The notes under the pieces were generated by a model. That model searched no databases, was not told the origin of the DNA, and saw only the letters and a program-made list of their open reading frames with translations. Shown one piece after another: positions 51,681 to 64,000 of a stretch of 64,000 nucleotides of DNA. Source of the stretch: Spirochaetia bacterium (GTDB lineage: Bacteria; Spirochaetota; Spirochaetia; SZUA-6; Bin103). The stretch spans positions 3,232,001-3,296,000 of the forward strand of contig CBDBDQ010000005.1 in the NCBI GenBank assembly GCA_965203905.1, given 5' to 3'. The translations under genes were made by a program, and so were the position numbers. Within the stretch, counting starts at the first letter, position 1; each line of letters starts with the position of its first letter.

Positions 51681-52943
51681 CTAACCGGTCGCCGGGGCTG
51701 CCGCGGCCGCCCCGGCGGCGCGGAACGGGTGCCGCGGATCGGCGGCCTCGGAGAACGCAGCGCCATTCACAACTGGCAAGGAGAGTGCCGCATGCTGTCC
51801 GTCGAGCGGGTTCGGCTCGCGCCACAGGTGGCCGTCCCAGGTGCGCACCACCACCTCGTCGCCGGCGCGCCCCAGGAGGTACTGCGGCGCTAGCGGCACC
51901 TTGCCGTAGGGAGTGTCCAGCACGTAGGTGGGCACGCCGAAGCCGGTGAGGTGGCCGCGCAGCCCCCGCATGACCTCCAGTCCACGCTCGATGGTGGTGC
52001 GCAGGTGGGAGGTGCCGGCGAGCAGTTGGCATTGGAAGACGTAGTAGGGCCGCACGCGCATGCGCAGCAGCCCGTGGATCAGGGCCCGCATCACGCCCAC
52101 GTCGTCGTTCACGCCCTTGAGCAGCACCGTCTGGTTGCCGAGCGGGATCCCCGCCGCAAGCAGCAGGTCGCACGCCCGCGCCGCCTCCGGGGTGAGCTCG
52201 CGCGGGTGGTTGAAGTGGGTGTTGAGCCACAGCGGGTGGTGGCGCGCGAGGATGCGGCACAGCTCGGGGGTGATGCGCTGCGGCAGGGTGCACGGCGTGC
52301 GGGTGCCGAAACGGATTATCTCGACGTGGTCGATGGCGCGCAGCCGGCCCAGCAGATCGTCCAGGCGTTCGTCGGAGAACAGGAACGGGTCGCCGCCGGT
52401 GACCAGCACGTCGCGGATGGCCGGGGTGCGGGCGATGTAGTCGATGCCCTGCTGCAGCTTGGCGCGCGTGTGATGCTCGTCATGATTGCCGACGAAGTAC
52501 TCGCGAAAGCAGTAGCGGCAGTAGGTGGGGCAGACGTTGGTGATCTTGAAGGCGACGCGGTCGGGGTACACGTGGACCACGGCGTCCACCGGCGAGTTGT
52601 CCAGTTCGGCCAGCGGGTCGGGCAGCCCCAGGTCGTCGTGCAGCTCCTGAACCGAGGGCACCTGCTGCAGCCGCAACGGGCAGGCGGGATCGGCGCGATC
52701 CATGAGGCTGGCGTAGTAGGGCGTGATGCTCCAGCGATACTGCGCCCCGGCGGCGCGAATCTGCGCCCGCTCGGCCTCGCTCAGACGCAGGTAGCGGCCC
52801 AACTCCTCCACCGTGGAGATGCGCTCTCGCATCTGCCAGCGCCAGTCGTCCCACTGCGCCGCGGTCGGCCGCTCGGTCGCTGTCGTGCCGGGCTCGCGCG
52901 GTTCTGCCGGCACCGCCGCCGAGTCCGCACGGGATCGCTGCAT
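51681..52943 (-). CDS. KamA family radical SAM aminomutase
   Basis: [53 protein letters not shown]. Confidence 0.92.
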   Translation of the reverse strand: MQRSRADSAAVPAEPREPGTTATERPTAAQWDDWRWQMRERISTVEELGRYLRLSEAERAQIRAAGAQYRWSITPYYASLMDRADPACPLRLQQVPSVQELHDDLGLPDPLAELDNSPVDAVVHVYPDRVAFKITNVCPTYCRYCFREYFVGNHDEHHTRAKLQQGIDYIARTPAIRDVLVTGGDPFLFSDERLDDLLGRLRAIDHVEIIRFGTRTPCTLPQRITPELCRILARHHPLWLNTHFNHPRELTPEAARACDLLLAAGIPLGNQTVLLKGVNDDVGVMRALIHGLLRMRVRPYYVFQCQLLAGTSHLRTTIERGLEVMRGLRGHLTGFGVPTYVLDTPYGKVPLAPQYLLGRAGDEVVVRTWDGHLWREPNPLDGQHAALSLPVVNGAAFSEAADPRHPFRAAGAAAAAPATG

Positions 52944-53137
52944 CGCTCCCCCCTCGCCGCAAATATAGCACGCCACCGTCCCGCGGTGACGCCGGGTGGC
53001 TATCAAAAGACGGCGCAAACTGACAAACTGCCGGAGTTCGGGCCCACGCGCACGCCACACCCTCAGCGCGTCGCGAGGAAGGCTGTGGTCGATACCGCAC
53101 CCGCGCCGGATCGACGACCATATTGCGGAGACTGAAG

Positions 53138-53458
53138 ATGATCACCTACAAGGGATACCAGGCAGCGATTTCATTTGATCATGCAGCCGAAGTCTTTCAC
53201 GGCGAAGCTGTCGGCACTCGTGACGTGATCTCTTTCGAGGCGACCTCCGTCGAGGAACTGAAGAAGGAGTTCCAATTCTCCATCGACGACTATCTGTCGA
53301 TGTGCGCGGAGCAGGGGCAGCCGCCTGACAAGCCGTTCTCCGGCAAGATTCCGTTACGGATCAGTCCGGCAGCTCACCGCGCCGCGACCGCTGCAGCCAA
53401 GGCCGAAGGAAAGAGCCTCAATGCCTGGCTGGCCGCGGTCGTCGAGCGAGCCGTGTAA
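53138..53458 (+). CDS. HicB family antitoxin (no hicA upstream)
   Basis: MITYKGY.A.I.FD, DVISFEA.SVEEL.KEF..SIDDYL, KPFSGK..LRI.P..H, SLNAW. Confidence 0.9.
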   Translation: MITYKGYQAAISFDHAAEVFHGEAVGTRDVISFEATSVEELKKEFQFSIDDYLSMCAEQGQPPDKPFSGKIPLRISPAAHRAATAAAKAEGKSLNAWLAAVVERAV

Positions 53459-53459
53459 G

Positions 53460-54041
53460 GTGCTCGAACAACGGCTGCGCTTCCTGCTGGAGGCCGACAA
53501 GCTGAAGCAGGTGCTGCGACGCAACGTGATCCTCGGCAAGCAGCGCCGGGAAAATTCCGCCGAGCACTCCTGGCACCTGACGCTGATGGCCCTGGTGCTG
53601 GTCGACCACGCCGCCGTCCGCGACCTGGACCTGCTGCGGGTCCTGAAGATGCTGGTGGTGCACGACCTGGTGGAGATCGACGCCGGCGACACCTTCGCCT
53701 ACGACGAGGCGGCCAGGCGGGATCAGCAGGAGCGCGAGGAACGCGCCGCCGAGCGCATCTTCGCGCTGCTGCCGGCGGAGCAGGCGGCCGAGATGCGCGA
53801 CCTGTGGGACGAGTTCGAAGCGTCGCAAAGCCCGGAGGCACAGTTCGCCCTGGCCCTGGACCGCTTGCAGCCGATGCTCCTCAACTACTTCAACGGCGGT
53901 CCGGGCTGGCAGGAGCACCGCGTGACGGCGCGCCAGGTGCGGGCCGTCAACGCCTGCATGGAACGCGGCTCCCCGGAGCTGTGGAACTACGCGCGCGGAT
54001 TGGTCGACGACGCCGTCGAGCGCGGCTTCCTCGCGCCATGA
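53460..54041 (+). CDS. HD domain phosphohydrolase (HD_3 family)
   Basis: EADKLK.VLR, ENSAEHSWHL, HDLVEIDAGD, WDEFE, DRLQP. Confidence 0.9.
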   Translation: MLEQRLRFLLEADKLKQVLRRNVILGKQRRENSAEHSWHLTLMALVLVDHAAVRDLDLLRVLKMLVVHDLVEIDAGDTFAYDEAARRDQQEREERAAERIFALLPAEQAAEMRDLWDEFEASQSPEAQFALALDRLQPMLLNYFNGGPGWQEHRVTARQVRAVNACMERGSPELWNYARGLVDDAVERGFLAP

Positions 54042-54051
54042 GAAGAAACCC

Positions 54052-54345
54052 TTGAACTCGCCGCCGTTATCCGAATGGACCGCCAACAGCTCGAAGGGGA
54101 GCAGGTGGCGCACCACCAGGAGTTGCTGGAACGCCCATTTTCTGAACCTTGTTGTGCGCCGCGCGGAACTCCGTCGACTGGGTGCGGCGGTCCGTGGCCA
54201 TAGCGTGTAAACATTGTGTAAACAAACTCACCGGTCGTGGCCCCGCCGTCGTCGCCGACCAGATCAAGACCCAGGGTGCCGAGCGCGACATCCTCCCACT
54301 CGCTGAAGGTGCGGATCGGGATATGCAGCATCAGGCTGCCGGTGG
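54052..54345 (-). mobile_element. Degraded IS transposase/integrase-core (rve) fragment
   Basis: Across frameshifts: IPIRTFSEW...LDLV..DGG...GEF..T...TD..T..TEFRA..NK.QK....LPF.LL.VHSDNGGEF. Confidence 0.72.
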
Positions 54346-54489
54346 GCCGCTTCATATGAGGTGCGCAGCAGCCGATCGATGGTAGCTGCGCTGATGCAAC
54401 TCCAGCTTGGCGCGCAACTCGGGGGGTTGAGCGCGATCTTGCGCCTGCTGCGTACATCGCAACGCTCGTAGTTCGGTCATCGCCCTGAC

Positions 54490-55035
54490 GATGTGAATTT
54501 TTTCATCAATTTGTTGTAGAGAAAATATTTAGTGGCGCCGGTTTCCACAGTGTGCCTAGGAGAAACGTTCCATCGCGAAATGGCGAAACTTGTAGATTCG
54601 CGAACTTTCCGCCAATTCGCGACTTCGCCAGAGGAATTCGGTGCTTGGGCGAGGATTTCGGATCAACCCTGATCCTCGCCCCACATGTTGAATCTTTGCA
54701 CAAACCTTTGTAGGGCATCGATTTGTGTTCCCAAGGTTCTATAGACTAGATGACACTCCATCAGTCCGTTCGCGAAATGGCGGATCTCTTGTGGGTTTCG
54801 CGAACTGACACGCCAATTCGTGAATTTGACCGGATTGGTCCCTATCTCATTGCCATAGGATGCTACTGTTTCACCAATTTGTTGTAGATAGACGATTTAA
54901 TAGCGCCGGTTCTACAGTATGCACAGAAGGCCGATCCGTCGCGAATTGGCGAACTTGCAGATTTCGAGAAACCCGTCGCCGATTCGCGACTTCGCGAGAG
55001 AAAATTCGCTGCTTAGGCGAAGTCTGGGGTCAAAA
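54490..55035. repeat. Tandem array of three diverged ~170-195 bp non-coding units with conserved hairpins
   Basis: Units start near 54490, 54684 and 54859. Each has TTGTAG...GGTT(C/T)..A.AG and then TCGCGAA(A/T)TGGCG...CGCC(A/G)ATTCG(C/T)GA. Confidence 0.75.
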
Positions 55036-55043
55036 GCGAGGGA

Positions 55044-55072
55044 TTGACAGATGCGTTGGTGCCGGCCACGAT
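55044..55072 (+). promoter_or_regulatory. Candidate promoter of the betaine-type binding-protein gene
   Basis: TTGACA, 17 bp, CACGAT, ending 9 nt before ATG 55082. Confidence 0.45.
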
Positions 55073-55081
55073 GTCCGTGAG

Positions 55082-56119
55082 ATGACACGAGACCCGAAAC
55101 CATACGTCTTGACCATGTGTCTTGCGGTGGCGCTACTTTCCTGCCGCGGGCCGGCACTAGCGGATCCGGAACCGGCCGCTGACCCTGACTGCAACGGCAT
55201 TGATCGGCCATTGGTTTTCGCCGGCCTCGGCTGGGGAAGCGCTCAGCTCCACAACCACATCGCCGGCCAGATCCTGCACGCGGGTTTCGGCTGCGAGTAC
55301 GCGGACACACCGGGATCGACCACTCTATCGGTGCAGCGACTGGTACGCGGCGAGATTGACATCACCATGGAGATCTGGGTCAACTCCGCCCCCGATATAT
55401 TCCGTGACGCGGTCGCCGCCGGCGATGTGCTTGACCTTGGCCTGAACATGACCGCCCTTGAGATGTCGTTCCTGGTGCCGCGCTACGTGATCGAGGGAGA
55501 TCCGGAGCGCGGCATCGAGCCGATGGCGCCCGATCTGAAGTCGGTGGCAGATCTGCCGCGCTACATACACGTTTTCCAAGATCCCGAGCAGCCGGACAAG
55601 GGCCGCTACTACAATTGCCCCGTCGGCTGGAACTGCGCGGAGATCAACACCATGAAGCTGGCCGCGTACGGCCTTGAGGAATACTATACCAACGTTCGTC
55701 TGGACACTAACGCCGCGCTGGTTGCGGCAATTTCCGGCGCTTACGAGCGGGGCGAAGCGTGGCTCGGTTACTACTGGAGCCCGACTCCGTGGATCGGTCT
55801 CTACCCCATGATCCAACTCGAAGAACCGGAGTGGACTCAGGAGTGCTGGGACGGCGACCGTGGCTGCGCGTTTGCACCCGCGATCGTCGACATTGCCGTA
55901 AGCAAAGGATTTTCCGACAGCGCCTCGAAAGAGATGATCGAGTTCCTGCGCGCGTACGAGATGGACCACATGCTGGTCAGCGCGTATCTCGCTTACCAGA
56001 GCACCACCGACGCGGAATGGGTTGATATTGCGCGTCACTTCCTGAAGACCGAGCCCGAAGTGTGGACCGCCTGGGTGTCCGACGAGGTAGCCAGCCGTGT
56101 ACGGGCGGTATTCAACTAA
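55082..56119 (+). CDS. Glycine betaine/histidine-type ABC substrate-binding lipoprotein (OpuAC family)
   Basis: Lipobox LLSC, W.SAQLHN.IA, EIW, VPRYVIEGD..RGI...APDLKSV.DL, CPVGW.C, YYWSP. Confidence 0.88.
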   Translation: MTRDPKPYVLTMCLAVALLSCRGPALADPEPAADPDCNGIDRPLVFAGLGWGSAQLHNHIAGQILHAGFGCEYADTPGSTTLSVQRLVRGEIDITMEIWVNSAPDIFRDAVAAGDVLDLGLNMTALEMSFLVPRYVIEGDPERGIEPMAPDLKSVADLPRYIHVFQDPEQPDKGRYYNCPVGWNCAEINTMKLAAYGLEEYYTNVRLDTNAALVAAISGAYERGEAWLGYYWSPTPWIGLYPMIQLEEPEWTQECWDGDRGCAFAPAIVDIAVSKGFSDSASKEMIEFLRAYEMDHMLVSAYLAYQSTTDAEWVDIARHFLKTEPEVWTAWVSDEVASRVRAVFN

Positions 56120-56638
56120 TCTGGCGACCGGTGATCTCTTTACACAGGAACGGACGGCTGAAGCGCTACTGCCGACGGTTCTTTGCTGTCGGCAGTTACT
56201 GTCTACCAGATCCAGCATCGCTTCGCCGTAGCCCGTGACTGTTTCTCTCTTGCGCGACGCATGATTCCGCGCGGCGTACGCGCTTTCCTCTGCTGCCGCT
56301 CTTGCGCACGCTTTGGCGGACAGGATTGCGCGAGGACGGTTTCGTCGGACGACCGGCGCTCGCTCAGATCGTGTTTGCGGACGAGGGCAACCGCGAGCGC
56401 TGCGCCCGTGAGGGCATCGGTGACTACTCGCAGTTTCTGAACGCATGCCTTGCTCGCAGGGCGGCGTCGTGGCGTGGATCGGCACCGGACCACCATGCAA
56501 CGGGATCGAACTGATCCGCGGCTCCGGCGGCGACCCTGCCGGCTGGGCGCACCCGGTGTGGAACACGCGAACGGCGCTGGAGATGCTGGAGTTGACGCTG
56601 GGGGGCTGGTGAAGTCGGACTCGGCGGCCTCATAGTGT

Positions 56639-56815
56639 TCTACGGTGCCACCAGCGTCTCATCCTCCGTCCACGCCGGCGCCGACAACCGGTACGTCCCC
56701 CGCCAGTTGCAGACCTCGCAGCGGCGGCTTCAGGTAGTGTCCTGTCGGTCGTACTGCCAGTTACTCCTGCACGTCCAGTGCCTCGTACACACGCGCTTCG
56801 ACCCCTCGTCGAAGG
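56639..56815 (-). pseudogene. Uma2 (DUF820) endonuclease fragment
   Basis: Across frameshifts: DEGSKR.YEALDVQE.WQYD.TGHYLKPPLRGLQLAG. Confidence 0.55.
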
Positions 56816-56902
56816 TGACTTGTCCTCTGGAGCAACTTTCGATCAGACACCTGTTCCCGAGGTCTGTGAAGCGCTACGATGAGAGTGACCGAGGATTGAA
56901 CC

Positions 56903-57631
56903 ATGGAACGACGCAGCAACATCGCTTCGGGTCTGGTGGCCGCGGCCGCGCTCCTGGTGGCGGCCGCCGCCTGGGCGCAGAGCGAGGGACCGCCGGAGTT
57001 CAGCTACGGCAGCATACCGTTCGGGGAGAACGCGCGGCTGGTGCTGCGTGACCTCAGCGGCGCCACCGTGTCCGACGAGGGTGCGGAGGCGCATTTCATC
57101 GGGCAGTACGAGGTGCTGCCCGACTTCTTCAGTGCCGGGTTGGAGAAGAACCTGCTCGGGATGTCGCAGCTCAACGTGGCGATCACCCGCATGTACCAGG
57201 TCTCCTACTCCGGGTGGAACAACGTGGTCGCCCTGGAGCTGTACTTCTTTCGCGAGCACGATGCTCCCGACGAGCTCACCTCCTACCGCCTGTTCCTGAT
57301 GCGCAAGACGCTGGACACCGGCGGCACCGGGGACCATACCGAGGTTGCCGAGATCCTCGAGGAGGCGATCAGCGGCAGCCTCGAGGCCGAACCGGAGAGC
57401 TACGACGTGAAGTACCTCGCCGGACTGCCGGCGCGGCTCTCCGTGTGGGAGGCCCCTGAGAGCGACATCTTCCTGCTGGTGTTCCAGAACATCTTCAGCG
57501 CCGGCGACGCCGACATCCTGTACCGCCACCGTGGCCTGTGGAGCAGCTACGTCGCCGCCTCGCAACGGCAGCAGGAGGCGGAGAAGAGCACCGGCACCGA
57601 ACAGACCCGCTCCGCCGGCAGCAGTTTCTGA
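56903..57631 (+). CDS. Hypothetical secreted protein
   Basis: GAGG RBS, signal peptide ...AAAAWA-Q, and host-like codon usage. Confidence 0.75.
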   Translation: MERRSNIASGLVAAAALLVAAAAWAQSEGPPEFSYGSIPFGENARLVLRDLSGATVSDEGAEAHFIGQYEVLPDFFSAGLEKNLLGMSQLNVAITRMYQVSYSGWNNVVALELYFFREHDAPDELTSYRLFLMRKTLDTGGTGDHTEVAEILEEAISGSLEAEPESYDVKYLAGLPARLSVWEAPESDIFLLVFQNIFSAGDADILYRHRGLWSSYVAASQRQQEAEKSTGTEQTRSAGSSF

Positions 57632-57658
57632 CAGCCACCCTTCTGATGGCCGCCGTTG

Positions 57659-60912
<3,254 letters not shown>

Positions 60913-60916
<4 letters not shown>

Positions 60917-62433
60917 TCCACCCATCCCTGGCGGTACCAGCGTCCGGTCAGGCGGTCGTGGTAGATCCACTCCAGGGTGCCGTCGGGGGAGCGCAGGAAG
61001 TAGTAGGCGCGGTCGGCGCCGCCTCCTCCCCGCGGCCCCGCGGCGAGCCACCAGCCGCTGGAGATCAGGAACGGGCCGCGATAGGCGGCCAGCTCTCCGG
61101 AGCCGGCCCTCGGCGCCGGGATCTTCACCGGCTGCGCCAGCACCCGGCGCACCAGCGGCGCCGCCTCCCGCTCCGTGGACCGGGGCCGCGGCGCCGCCAG
61201 CTCGGCGACGGGCTGCCAGCGGAACTGCGCTTCCGGCAGATGTTCCTGTGCCAACACGGCGCGCGCCACCGCGGCGTTGCCGAACTCGGCACGGATGCTG
61301 GCCAGCGCCGCGGAGCCGGCCGCCAGGTCGCGCCGCTGGCTGGTGCGGAACAGCTCCGCCTGACCTGCCGGCAGCGGGCTGGCGCGGACCTCCAGGGTCA
61401 GCTCCTCCACGCCGGCGCTCAGGTCCAGTGCGCGCAGGCGCAGCGCCAACAGCTCCGCCAGGCGGCGGCGCTCGCGGGTGGGAAACGCGGGACGCACCCG
61501 CTCCCGCCGCCACGAGCCATCTTCCAACAGGAGCTGCAGCTCCATCTCGGCCACGGCACGCTCCTCCTGCTGCAGGCGTCCGAGCAGCGGGTCGAGCAGC
61601 GCCTCGGCGTGGCGCTGCAGCCGCTCGGCATCGGTCTCGCGATACGCCAGCCGTTTGCGTTGCCGGAGCGGGGAGTCCGGTGGTGTGCCCTGCACGGGCA
61701 GCTCCAGAGTGGCGCGGGCGGACCGCTGCAGCTCTGCTACCGGGAGCCCGAAGCGGTGCAGCAACTCGGCATGGGGAAGCTCGAGAAAGTCGTCGGTCGT
61801 GACCACGTCCAGCTTCTCCAGCAGGTCCCGCACCTCCGCTTCCAGGGGTAGCCGTTCCAGCGGGACGCGGCGCGCGGCGGCGTGCTCGGCGGCGGCGTCG
61901 GGCACTACCAGCCAGTGGCGCCGCCGGTGCGGTGCGTTCCCGTGCGGCGCTGCCAGCTCGCGGGCGAGCAGGAAGGTGCCGAGACGGGTATGTCCCAGCA
62001 CCACCGTCGCGAGCAGCCGGAGCGCACGCAGGCGGCGCTGAATGGTGCGCGCCAGCGCCGCGGCGGAGGGGTAGTGGCGGCGCAGTCCGCCCGTCTCCAG
62101 CCAGAACACCCCCTGGTCGCCCCAGCCGGCTCCGCCCCACTCGATGCGCGGGCTGATCGACCGCAGCCGTCCCTCGATGAGCCGCACCCCGTCCGCGATC
62201 TCCTCGGCGGAGATGGTCGCCGCGTGCAGATGGGGCAGCAGGGAGAGTGCCGCGGCGTAGCGCATCCCGACCCGCACCCCGGCCTCGCGCGCCGCCCGAT
62301 TTACGGTCACCACGGTGCCGCGGGGCGTGTCTTCGCTGACTACCGCGGCCGGCCGCCGCCGCCACTCGGGGTGGCGCCGGAACAGCAACTGCAGCGGCAG
62401 GGCCGCGACGTCAACACAGGCCGTGGGGGGCAC
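60913..62433 (-). CDS. imuB: Inactive Y-family polymerase ImuB
   Basis: VNRAAREAGVRVGM..AAAL, SPRIE, GPF..S.GWW...RAYYF......WIY.D...W...G. Position in the cassette. Confidence 0.88.
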
Positions 62434-63064
62434 GGTAGCTGGCGGCCAGCGCCCGGCCGGGGCCGCGCTGCCGGTCCTTGGATACGCGGATGCCGCAGCG
62501 CAGGCAGCCCGCCTGCGGCGTCGCGTCGCGAAACGCCCGGCCGCGCAGCGCGATCAGCGAACCGAGGGTGGCACCGGGGGCGGGCGTGGTGAGGCACAGC
62601 AGGGCGCTGTCGTGGCGCCGCGCCAGGCGTGCCAGCCGGCCCAGGAACGGCGCCGGGATGGCGAGGCGGGCGCCGAGTTCCAGCACCACCAGCCCGAAGG
62701 CGCCGCTGCGGGTGAGGCGGTCGGCGGCGCTGGCCACGGCGTGCAGGTCGGGGACGGTCACCACCGGCAGCGCCGCCAGATCGACCCCGCCGCGGGCGAC
62801 GTCCGGCGGGAAGAAGGTGTCGCGGGTGGTGGTGACCCAGGCCACCGGTTCGGCGGCACGCTGATAGGCCCGGATCATGGCGCAGGCGAGGGTCAGATGC
62901 GCGCCATGAGGATCGGCGGCCAGTTCGCACAGGCGTCCGGCGAGTTCCTCGGGGTGCCACAGGCCGGTGGCGCGGCCTTCCCGTGGCTGGAAGCCGCGTT
63001 CGCCGGTCAGCGCGCTGGCTCGCAGCACCCGGTGCCGATGCCGGTGCAGGGGAGCGCCGGTCAT
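62411..63064 (-). CDS. imuA: RecA-like ImuA protein
   Basis: LAGRLCEL, FFPPDVA..GVDL..L, AD.L.RSGAFGLVVL, LGSLI.LR. Walker A is degenerate. Lies between lexA and imuB. Confidence 0.8.
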   Translation of the reverse strand: MTGAPLHRHRHRVLRASALTGERGFQPREGRATGLWHPEELAGRLCELAADPHGAHLTLACAMIRAYQRAAEPVAWVTTTRDTFFPPDVARGGVDLAALPVVTVPDLHAVASAADRLTRSGAFGLVVLELGARLAIPAPFLGRLARLARRHDSALLCLTTPAPGATLGSLIALRGRAFRDATPQAGCLRCGIRVSKDRQRGPGRALAASYRAPHGLC

Positions 63065-63702
63065 AGCTCCGGCGGGAGCAGCGCGCCGCCTTCCAGGTAG
63101 CGGCGCACCTCGATCACCTTGCCCAGGATCCGCACCTGGGAGGGGTCGGGTACGATAGGATCGAACGCCGGATTGGCGGGATGCAGCTCGATGCGTCCCG
63201 CGTGCAGCTTGAGCCGCTTCACCGTGGCCTCGTCCTCCACCAGGGCGACGACGATTTCCCCGGAGAGCGCGCTCTCCTGCCGGTGCACGATCACCATGTC
63301 GCCCGGCAGGATGGCGGCGTCGCGCATGCTCTCGCCGCGCACCCGCAGGGCGAACAGCTCGTCGCGTGCCCTGGTGGACTGCACCGGCAGATAGCCGTCG
63401 GGGTGTTCGCTGGCGGTGGTGAGGGCGCCGGCCTGCACCCGTCCCAGCAGCGGCACCAGGACGGTGGGGTGGGCGGAGCGGGCCGGCAGCCGGTAGCCGC
63501 GCGCCTTGCCCGGTTCCTTGTCCAGCAAGCCGTCGCGCACCAGTGCCTCCAGGTAGTCGCGCGCCGACTGCACGGCCCGGAAGCCGAAGTGCGCCTGCAC
63601 CTCGCGGGTGGTGGGCGGCGTCCCGGAGAGAATCCGGTCGCGCACGAACAGGAAGATGCGCCGCTTGCGTTCGCCGGAGCGTGATCGGGGGGCGGTAGCC
63701 AT
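63061..63702 (-). CDS. lexA: LexA repressor heading the mutagenesis cassette
   Basis: PPTTREV..HFGF, LGRVQAG (Ala-Gly cleavage site), LRVRGESM (Ser), EATVKR (Lys). Confidence 0.95.
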   Translation of the reverse strand: MATAPRSRSGERKRRIFLFVRDRILSGTPPTTREVQAHFGFRAVQSARDYLEALVRDGLLDKEPGKARGYRLPARSAHPTVLVPLLGRVQAGALTTASEHPDGYLPVQSTRARDELFALRVRGESMRDAAILPGDMVIVHRQESALSGEIVVALVEDEATVKRLKLHAGRIELHPANPAFDPIVPDPSQVRILGKVIEVRRYLEGGALLPPEL

Positions 63703-63708
63703 GGAGGC

Positions 63709-63739
63709 ACCTTATGCAGACAAATGTCTGTTATGTCAA
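63709..63739 (-). promoter_or_regulatory. lexA promoter with palindromic operator
   Basis: TTGACA (63739-63734), CAGACA-TT-TGTCTG palindrome (63717-63730), TAAGGT (63714-63709). Confidence 0.7.
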
Positions 63740-63784
63740 GTGGGTAGTCGACGGATCAGGCAGCCGGGGTTCAGTCTCCAGCAG

Positions 63785-64000
63785 CTACAGATAGGCTGCC
63801 GAGAAGGTCCAGGATGTCCGTCTCCCAGAGCCGGTCACCCGGGATACGTGGTAGGTCTTGTCCGCGAAGCCGTCCTTGCGGAACACGATCTCATGTTCCT
63901 CCTGGCGCAACGCGACCTCGACCGGCGTGGTGCCCACGTAGTAGCCGTCGAGGTACACCGCCGCTCTGGCCGGTACCGAGCCGATGTCCACGGTCGGCCT
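63785..64000 (-). CDS. PEGA domain protein, partial
   Basis: I.SVP..A.VYLDGYYVGTTPV......HEIVFRKDGF. Confidence 0.7.
   Translation of the reverse strand, partial: RPTVDIGSVPARAAVYLDGYYVGTTPVEVALRQEEHEIVFRKDGFADKTYHVSRVTGSGRRTSWTFSAAYL

Noticed and set aside
54860-54890. Resemblance of AATTTGTTGTAGAT to a Cas12a repeat end, suggesting a CRISPR array
   Set aside because: There is no repeat-spacer periodicity of CRISPR size, the CTAC/GTAG stem is not in the right spacing, and no cas genes are present.
56183-56635. Short ORFs downstream of the binding-protein gene
   Set aside because: No motif, RBS or codon bias that I can support. Possibly decayed coding sequence.

Overview
High-GC bacterial chromosome segment. 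Spirochaetota is an inference from the 'ASGETE'-type sugar-binding protein leader and the RhlB-like helicase tail. The housekeeping backbone comprises a PyrR-attenuated pyrR-B-C-carA-carB-pyrK-D-F operon, a DEAD-box helicase, folD-fchA, ilvBN, leuS, polA, aroC, a KamA-family radical SAM gene and a lexA-imuA-imuB-dnaE2 cassette. It is interrupted by many small accessory inserts and gene remnants. Main points: (1) a lower-GC four-gene island between polA and aroC encoding a Rad50/SMC-like ABC ATPase, a wHTH protein and a PD-(D/E)XK nuclease, convergent with an SPPY DNA methyltransferase, which is a candidate uncharacterised defence system; (2) a non-coding array of three diverged ~170-195 bp hairpin-bearing units at 54.5-55.0 kb; (3) a sugar ABC cassette inserted in a broken aminotransferase gene, with a promoter whose 17-bp spacer is a C13 tract (candidate phase variation); (4) an HTH-MTase whose promoter spacer holds two GACGTC sites, facing a frameshifted REase; (5) a candidate non-canonical LexA operator; (6) carA with several lesions; (7) many toxin-antitoxin modules in which the toxin has decayed. 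I saw no rRNA, tRNA or CRISPR array. All family assignments come from motif recognition by eye, not database searches.
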